DNA of 64,000 nucleotides from Eledone cirrhosa (Eukaryota), in NCBI GenBank assembly GCA_964016885.1, contig OZ024741.1, positions 118,048,001 to 118,112,000 of the forward strand. The letters are read 5' to 3'. Each line of letters opens with the position of its first letter. Positions within the stretch are counted from its first letter, which is position 1. The position numbers and the translations under genes were made by a program. Positions 57,810 to 64,000 of this stretch are shown piece by piece. Under the pieces are notes generated by a model. The model worked only from the letters and a program-made list of their open reading frames with translations, ran no database searches and was not told the origin of the DNA.

Positions 57810-58986
57810 GTTGATGATGATGATGATGACTGCAACTCGATATTTCGAGTAATGATATCGCTTGATACTTAAGCATGAGCATCACAGATGTGGCTTTTTA
57901 GTCCTGCTAGGAACTTGCCTATGGCCAGCAATATCATGTATCGCAAAAAAATGTCACATATCAAGCCTGTGCTTGAAGTTTTTTTTTTAGTGAGGAAAGG
58001 CTTTGCACGGAGCCAATCCCACTCTCTGAATATCGAATACATTTACCCCAAAAGAAGAACTGGTCTGCATCATTGAATGCAAACGAAGTCGCAGGTTTTA
58101 TATCCTTCTCCTAGAGAGATGTCTTAATGAAGACTAGGAGTCTTTCGTTCCACAAAAAAAAACTTTATTGGATAGCCGTTGACTCTAGTGAGTTCCTCGG
58201 CCCTTTGACGGGTTGTGTTTTTTATCCGGCAGAGTGTCCAATATCACTCTCCTCACCAAGCAAGCTTGGTGGAGTTGCCGGTTTAGTCGCCGACGACCCG
58301 ACAATGCACGGGTAGTACTGGGTTATATGTTATCAGTAGCGTTGAAACGCGACCTGACATAACATACATACATACATACATACATACATACATACATACA
58401 TACATACATACATACATGATGATGGCTGCCCCCTCGTTATCGAGTGTGGCAACTGCACGATATAACATTATTAATAATTATCAATTAATTCTATCATGCA
58501 ATGCTTGTGCGTAAAGATTTGTTTTAAGGGAAGAAAGACTGTGCACTGAGCCAGTCCCACTCTCTGAGCGACAGTAGTTATAATCTGAAAAGAAGAAAAA
58601 AATCAACATCATCGGTAACTACTGAGCCGCAGGTTTTATGTTGAGATATTCCAGTTTCCTGAGTTGCCTTCTCCTAGAAGAATACCCTGACAAAGGCTAG
58701 GGGTCCTTCAGTCCCAGTGGTTTAACAGCGCGATCGGGTATCCAGCCCGATTATGTCCCCGCGCATATACACACATATGCCTACATGCATATACACATAT
58801 ATACATATACATACACATGTACATGTGTATATACATATTTACACATTTTGGATGGCCGTTGACTCTATGAGTTCTTCCGCCCTTTGTCAGGTTTTGTTTT
58901 TTGTCCTGCGGGATGTCCAAAATCACCCTCGTCACCAAGTAAGCTTGGTGGGGTTGCCGGCTTAGTCGCCGACGACCCGACCATGT
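57810..58986 (-). mobile_element. Two diverged relatives of the two-part RTE derivative in tandem (about 57810-58359 and 58418-58986)
   Basis: They share GTCGGGTCGTCGGCGACTAA, the CACCAAG/CTTGGTG hairpin, CTAGGAGAAGG and AGAGTGGGA(C/T)TGGCT with the 610-bp family, and are separated by (TACA)n. Confidence 0.7.
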
Positions 58987-59076
58987 GATATACATACATA
59001 CATACACATACATACATACATACATACATACATACATACATACATACATACATACATACATACATACATACATACA

Positions 59077-59684
59077 TGGTGGCTGCCAACTCGTTTTCGA
59101 GTACGGCCACTACTTTATATCCATGTAGGAGAACCCCTACCGATGCGCTGAACGAGTGTGACTTTTTAGTCCAGCCAGCGACTTGAAAACTCTGGTACAA
59201 ACACTACACTTGTGACAATTATTGACACAGTGCTGGGCCCATGGTACCATGTGACGACAAGTGCAGAGAGATCTCCAGATATAAAGCAATGCCTGTGCCG
59301 TGAAGCTTTTATAGTGAGCAAAGGCACTGCACAAAGCCAGTCCCACTCTCTTAACCAAGATGATATTTACCAAAAAGAAGAACAAGTCAACATCATTGGA
59401 TAGCATCAGGGTTGCAGGTGTTATATCAGAGTTTTCCTTCTCCTAGAATTCTGCTTTGACAAAGGCTAAGGGGTCATCTCTCCCAGTGATTTTGGATGGC
59501 CATTGACTCTTAAGAGCTCCTTTGCCCTTTGACAGGTTTTGTTTTTAGTCCTGCAGGATGTCCAAAGTCACCCTCCTCACCAAGAAACCTTGGTGGGGTT
59601 GCCAGTTTAGTCGCCAACGACCCGACCATGAGACAGGTTGTACTGGGATACATGTTACCAGTAGCACCAAGTGGAGACCTGACA
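59077..59684 (-). mobile_element. Two-part RTE derivative, copy 4
   Basis: Near-identical to 38331-38938. Confidence 0.8.
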
Positions 59685-59689
59685 TAATA

Positions 59690-59705
59690 TATATACATAA
59701 TATAT

Positions 59706-59737
<32 letters not shown>

Positions 59738-60178
59738 GTATGTATATATATATGTATGTATATATATATATATGTATGTATGTATATATATATATATATA
59801 TATACATACATATATATATATATATACAAACATATATATATATACATATATACATATACATACATATATATATATACATACATACATATATATATATATA
59901 CATACATATATATATACATACATATATACATATACATACATATATACATATACATACATATATATATATATACATACATATATATATATACATACATATA
60001 TATACATATACATACATATATATACATATACATATATATATATATATACATACATATATATATACATATACATACACACACATATACATACATATATACA
60101 TATATATACATATATACATATATATATATATATACATACATATATATATATATACATATATATAAACATATACATACA

Positions 60179-60252
<74 letters not shown>

Positions 60253-60299
60253 CATACATATACATACATATATATATATACATATATATATACATATAC

Positions 60300-60330
<31 letters not shown>

Positions 60331-60407
60331 CACATATATATATATACATATATATATATACATATATATATATATACACATATATATATATACATATATA
60401 TATATAC

Positions 60408-60438
<31 letters not shown>

Positions 60439-60477
60439 CACATATATATATATACACACATATATATATATATATAT
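59690..60477. repeat. (TA)n/(TACA)n microsatellite
   Basis: Read directly from the sequence. Confidence 0.95.
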
Positions 60478-60550
60478 AAAGAAAAAGGGATGAAATCGAA
60501 AATGCAACTGAAGTCTTATTTTTTTTAAAAATATATATATTTATTTGGTT

Positions 60551-60588
60551 CCTTTACCGGTTTCGCAGTTCTTCTGCTTTTCAAAAGG
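60551..60588 (-). ncRNA. Minimal type I hammerhead ribozyme with a U3-A8 core variant
   Basis: CCUU-UUGAAAA-GCAG AAGAA CUGC-GAAA-CCG-GUA^AAGG, followed by AATAAA, at the 3' end of the PLE. Confidence 0.75.
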
Positions 60589-61100
60589 TGAGTTGAGATG
60601 GAGGGTCTGTGGTTTTTCTCACATCTGGTTGGTCTCTAAATGTTACTTGTTTTATATGGAAAAACTGGCTCGAAAACCAGGTTTTTCGAGAAGTAATTTG
60701 ATTGGTTTGTCAATAATTATAATAAATTTCGCGCCAGTTCGCGTTACAATAGTTCTTCAAATAAGAGAGGGGGGGGGGTGTCACAGGTTGTTTTTTCATA
60801 TATGAGTGTTTGAATTTCTTTTTACTTGAAACAATGAGGCTCACGAAGGCTTTTTTTTGGTTGGTTATAAATGAAATTTGGCTGTCACGTGAACAAGTTT
60901 TCATTACATTTTTGCGCCCTTATTTGGAAAACTATTCTGTAGTCTTTATAGTGAATGTTATGACAATGGAGAGATAGTGGTCAAGGGAAAAGGGATTGGG
61001 AGAAATGTTCTGGTTCAGTGAATATGGCCAGCTGTCAGAGTTCAGGTGTCAGAGTTCAGATTTTCTATTGAGACTGAAGATATGTGTTTATTTGTGTGCT

Positions 61101-61133
<33 letters not shown>

Positions 61134-61626
61134 ATGTGTGTATTGGAAGATGATTCTATTAGTAGAGATGGGGGAGGGAGTTGTGTGTGTGTGTATATGG
61201 GTGTTATGTGTGTGTGTGCGAGTATGTTAGATAGAGAGAATATATATTTTTTTTGTGTGTGTATATATATATGTGTGTAGGAAAGTGGTTCTATTAGTAG
61301 AAATGGGGAGGGTGTTGTAGGTGTGGGTTTTTTTATGTGTGTGTATGGGTGTTATGTGTGTGGGAGTATGGTTAGCATGTTAAGATGAAGAGAATATATA
61401 TATATATATATATATATTGTGTGTGTGTATGTGTGTGTGTAGGAAAATGATTCCTTTAGTAGGAATATTTTTGAATGAACATATTTTCCTGACTTTTTCG
61501 TGTTTGCTGTTGTATTGCCAGTGCAAACGTATGTTTAAGGTTTATTTAGTTCGGGTTTTTATTTTCTAAAGTAGGTGTTATGTGTGTGTGTGTGTATGTC
61601 ATATTGTGGTGTTGACATAATGTATA

Positions 61627-63897
61627 TTAAACCTTATTTAATGTTGGTCTATATTTTTGAATAAACATATTTTCCTTATTTATTCGCATTTGTTCTGTTG
61701 TATTGTTAGCGCAAAGGTAAAATGGGAAGACTTGGAATTTGGGTGTCTTATTACTTGCGCAAATGTCTAGATATGCACTTAGTGGTATTTGTCTCGTGGT
61801 TGGATCTCGTAATTGTTGGCGATGAAATGTCATTCTGTTTCTGAGTGTGAGTTTAGTTTGTCCTATATAATCTTCATTGCATCCTTTACATTTAACGGCA
61901 TAAATTAGATTTTTTGATGAGCAAGTGAAGTGATTTTTTACAGTAAAATTTTGTCCTGATTTAAATGTATACGTGTTGCCTTCAATGAGGTGAGTGCAGG
62001 TTCCACAATTAGAGCGACCACATTTTTTGATACTTGGTTGTGGGTTTGTGGTAGGTAATTTGGCATTGGTGAGTAATGTTTTCAGTGATTTTGGTTGTCT
62101 TTTGCTTTTGATTATTTTGTGTGTTTCAAGGGCTTTTTTCATTCTTGGGTTTTGTTTTAGTAGTGGGATGTTATTGTGAATAGTGTTGTAGGCTTCCGCA
62201 TTTCTTGGGTTGTGTGTTGAGATATATGATAGAATATTGGACGTACCTTGAATTTGTTTCTGTTTCCGTAATTCATCAATGCCTATTGCTTTAGCCCTTT
62301 CTATTCCATTATTTATTAGTAATAGTGGGTACTCTCTCTCAAGTAGAATTTCCTTTAATTCTTGAAGTCTTTTATTTCGCGTTTCATAATTGGAGACAAT
62401 TGTGCAAATTCTTCTTGCTAGGTTAAAAGGAATGTTCGTCTTCGTGTGCTTTGGATGGTTGGAGGTGAATAGCAGATATTGTTTGGAATCTGTTGGTTTG
62501 TAGTGTATGTCAGTTTCGATATTTGTGTCTTTTTTTGTGATTAAGATGTCCAGAAATGGGAGTTGATCTTGGCTGTATTCCATTGTGAATTGGATGTGGT
62601 TATTGATGCCGTTTATTAAGTTTTTGAAATCCTTCAGTTGGTCGAGTGTGTGGGACCAAAGAATGAGGCAATCATCCAAGTAGCGTTTCCAATTCTCTGA
62701 TAAATATTTGTGGAAGTTCAATCCGTATTTTGATTTGGACTGTTCATATATCTGGACTTCTAAGTATGCCATGACTAAGTTGGCATAAGTTGGAGCGGCT
62801 TTTGTGCCCATCGCAGTCCCCGATATTTGCTTGTAAGTATTGCCATCGAAATCAAAAAAGTTGTTCTGTAGGATGAATTTTAATCCCTCGGTGATGAAGC
62901 TTTTTTCTATTCTGTCAGGTATCTCATTGGGATATTTCTCTAGCCAGAATCCTATTGCTTCTAGTCCGTATTGGTGTGGGATCGTTGTGTAGAGATTCAC
63001 TACATCGAAAGACACAATAATAGTGTCGTTGTTGACATGTTTGGGGAGGTGGTTTAAGAGGTCCAGATCGTCTCTTACAAGGCTTGGTATGTGTTTCAGT
63101 ATTGGTTTCAGTAGTATGTCTATAAAGTTGCTCAATCTGTGTGTTTCACATTGTGGGCCCGCTACAATTGGTCTTAATTTAAGGTCTGTGGGGTATTGTG
63201 TGTTCACGCAGGCTGAGGTGGATTGTTTACAGGCATCGTTGATTATTTTACATTTGTGGATCTTCGGAAGTCCGTAAAGGTTGCTGGTTTTGTATTCAAA
63301 ATGTGTTAAATAATCGCGTTCCTTTTTAGTTAGGTCTTCCTGGTATCGATAAATCAGTGTGTTTAATTTGGTCATTATTTTTGATTGCTGGTAGTTTTTT
63401 ACTCTTTTATAGTAATTAGCATTTTGTAAGAGAGAGAACATAGAATTTTTATATTTTTCAGCCTCCATAATGACAACAGTACTTCCCTTGTCCGCTTCCT
63501 TAATTACAATGTCCGGATTGTTTTTTAGTTCATGGATAATCTCCCATTCCCTTCGACTTGTGTTGGGTTTGGGTTTAGGTTGCGGTAGTTCATGGTATGG
63601 GAAGGTAGCTATGTGGTCACAAAATTTGTCCAGAACTCTGTTTCTACCTTTTGTTGGGTTGTAGCTGCTTTTATTCCGTACAATTGATTCGTCGTTATTC
63701 TCCTTGTCAAAGAATTCCTCTGTGAGACGTAATTTTCTACAGAAGTGTGAGATATCGTCATTTATCTCGTTGGGGTTAGGATATTGTGGTGTTGGTGTGA
63801 ATTTCAGACCTTTGGAGAGAATTTTTACTTGTTGGGCTGAGAGGTTTGTATTTGAAATGTTAATTATTTTCGGTTTTTCAAAATCGGTTTGTGCCAC
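61627..63897 (-). CDS. Penelope-like element RT + GIY-YIG endonuclease (Neptune-like), uninterrupted 756 aa; the element extends from about 60480 to the window end
   Basis: LSKGLKFTP, IKEADKG, LYGLPKIHK, RPIV, FDVVNLYT, GTAMGTKAAPTYANL, RYLDD, FLDI, KPTD, HP, a CxxxxCxxC linker, and LIYAVKC...YIGQT...R...E...LN. Confidence 0.96.
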   Translation of the reverse strand: MAQTDFEKPKIINISNTNLSAQQVKILSKGLKFTPTPQYPNPNEINDDISHFCRKLRLTEEFFDKENNDESIVRNKSSYNPTKGRNRVLDKFCDHIATFPYHELPQPKPKPNTSRREWEIIHELKNNPDIVIKEADKGSTVVIMEAEKYKNSMFSLLQNANYYKRVKNYQQSKIMTKLNTLIYRYQEDLTKKERDYLTHFEYKTSNLYGLPKIHKCKIINDACKQSTSACVNTQYPTDLKLRPIVAGPQCETHRLSNFIDILLKPILKHIPSLVRDDLDLLNHLPKHVNNDTIIVSFDVVNLYTTIPHQYGLEAIGFWLEKYPNEIPDRIEKSFITEGLKFILQNNFFDFDGNTYKQISGTAMGTKAAPTYANLVMAYLEVQIYEQSKSKYGLNFHKYLSENWKRYLDDCLILWSHTLDQLKDFKNLINGINNHIQFTMEYSQDQLPFLDILITKKDTNIETDIHYKPTDSKQYLLFTSNHPKHTKTNIPFNLARRICTIVSNYETRNKRLQELKEILLEREYPLLLINNGIERAKAIGIDELRKQKQIQGTSNILSYISTHNPRNAEAYNTIHNNIPLLKQNPRMKKALETHKIIKSKRQPKSLKTLLTNAKLPTTNPQPSIKKCGRSNCGTCTHLIEGNTYTFKSGQNFTVKNHFTCSSKNLIYAVKCKGCNEDYIGQTKLTLRNRMTFHRQQLRDPTTRQIPLSAYLDICASNKTPKFQVFPFYLCANNTTEQMRINKENMFIQKYRPTLNKV

Positions 63898-64000
63898 CGG
63901 GTGTCGTGAGTCCTGTAGCCTTGGTCTAAAAAATGATTTTTCTGGAATGTTTTTTCATTGGTATTATTATATCTAATGGTATTTCCCCTGTTGTTGTGTG

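Overview
AT-rich, microsatellite-dense eukaryotic DNA. The SINE/LINE content and huge (TA)n/(TACA)n tracts suggest an octopus-like cephalopod, which is an inference. Two spliced host genes converge: the 3' part of a spermidine/spermine (diamine) N-acetyltransferase gene (+, three exons, 1689-21707) and a complete four-exon SLC16/MCT-like MFS transporter gene (-, 52250-33433, about 507 aa). The rest is mobile DNA: RTE-type LINE fragments, a family of short two-part RTE derivatives sitting in microsatellites, tRNA-type SINEs, Helitron pieces, a decayed hAT transposon and a hAT MITE (each with an 8-bp TSD), a 44-bp satellite, and four Penelope-like elements (PLEs), one with an uninterrupted 756-aa RT + GIY-YIG ORF. 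The most striking feature, from about 28.9 to 60.6 kb, is a set of long inverted repeats next to (TA)n tracts. Many carry minimal type I hammerhead ribozymes, found by eye. These include a U3-A8 core variant present twice, a variant with a ~90-nt stem II and stem I covariation, and mirror copies mutated in the catalytic core. All calls come from reading the sequence; no searches or folding programs were run.
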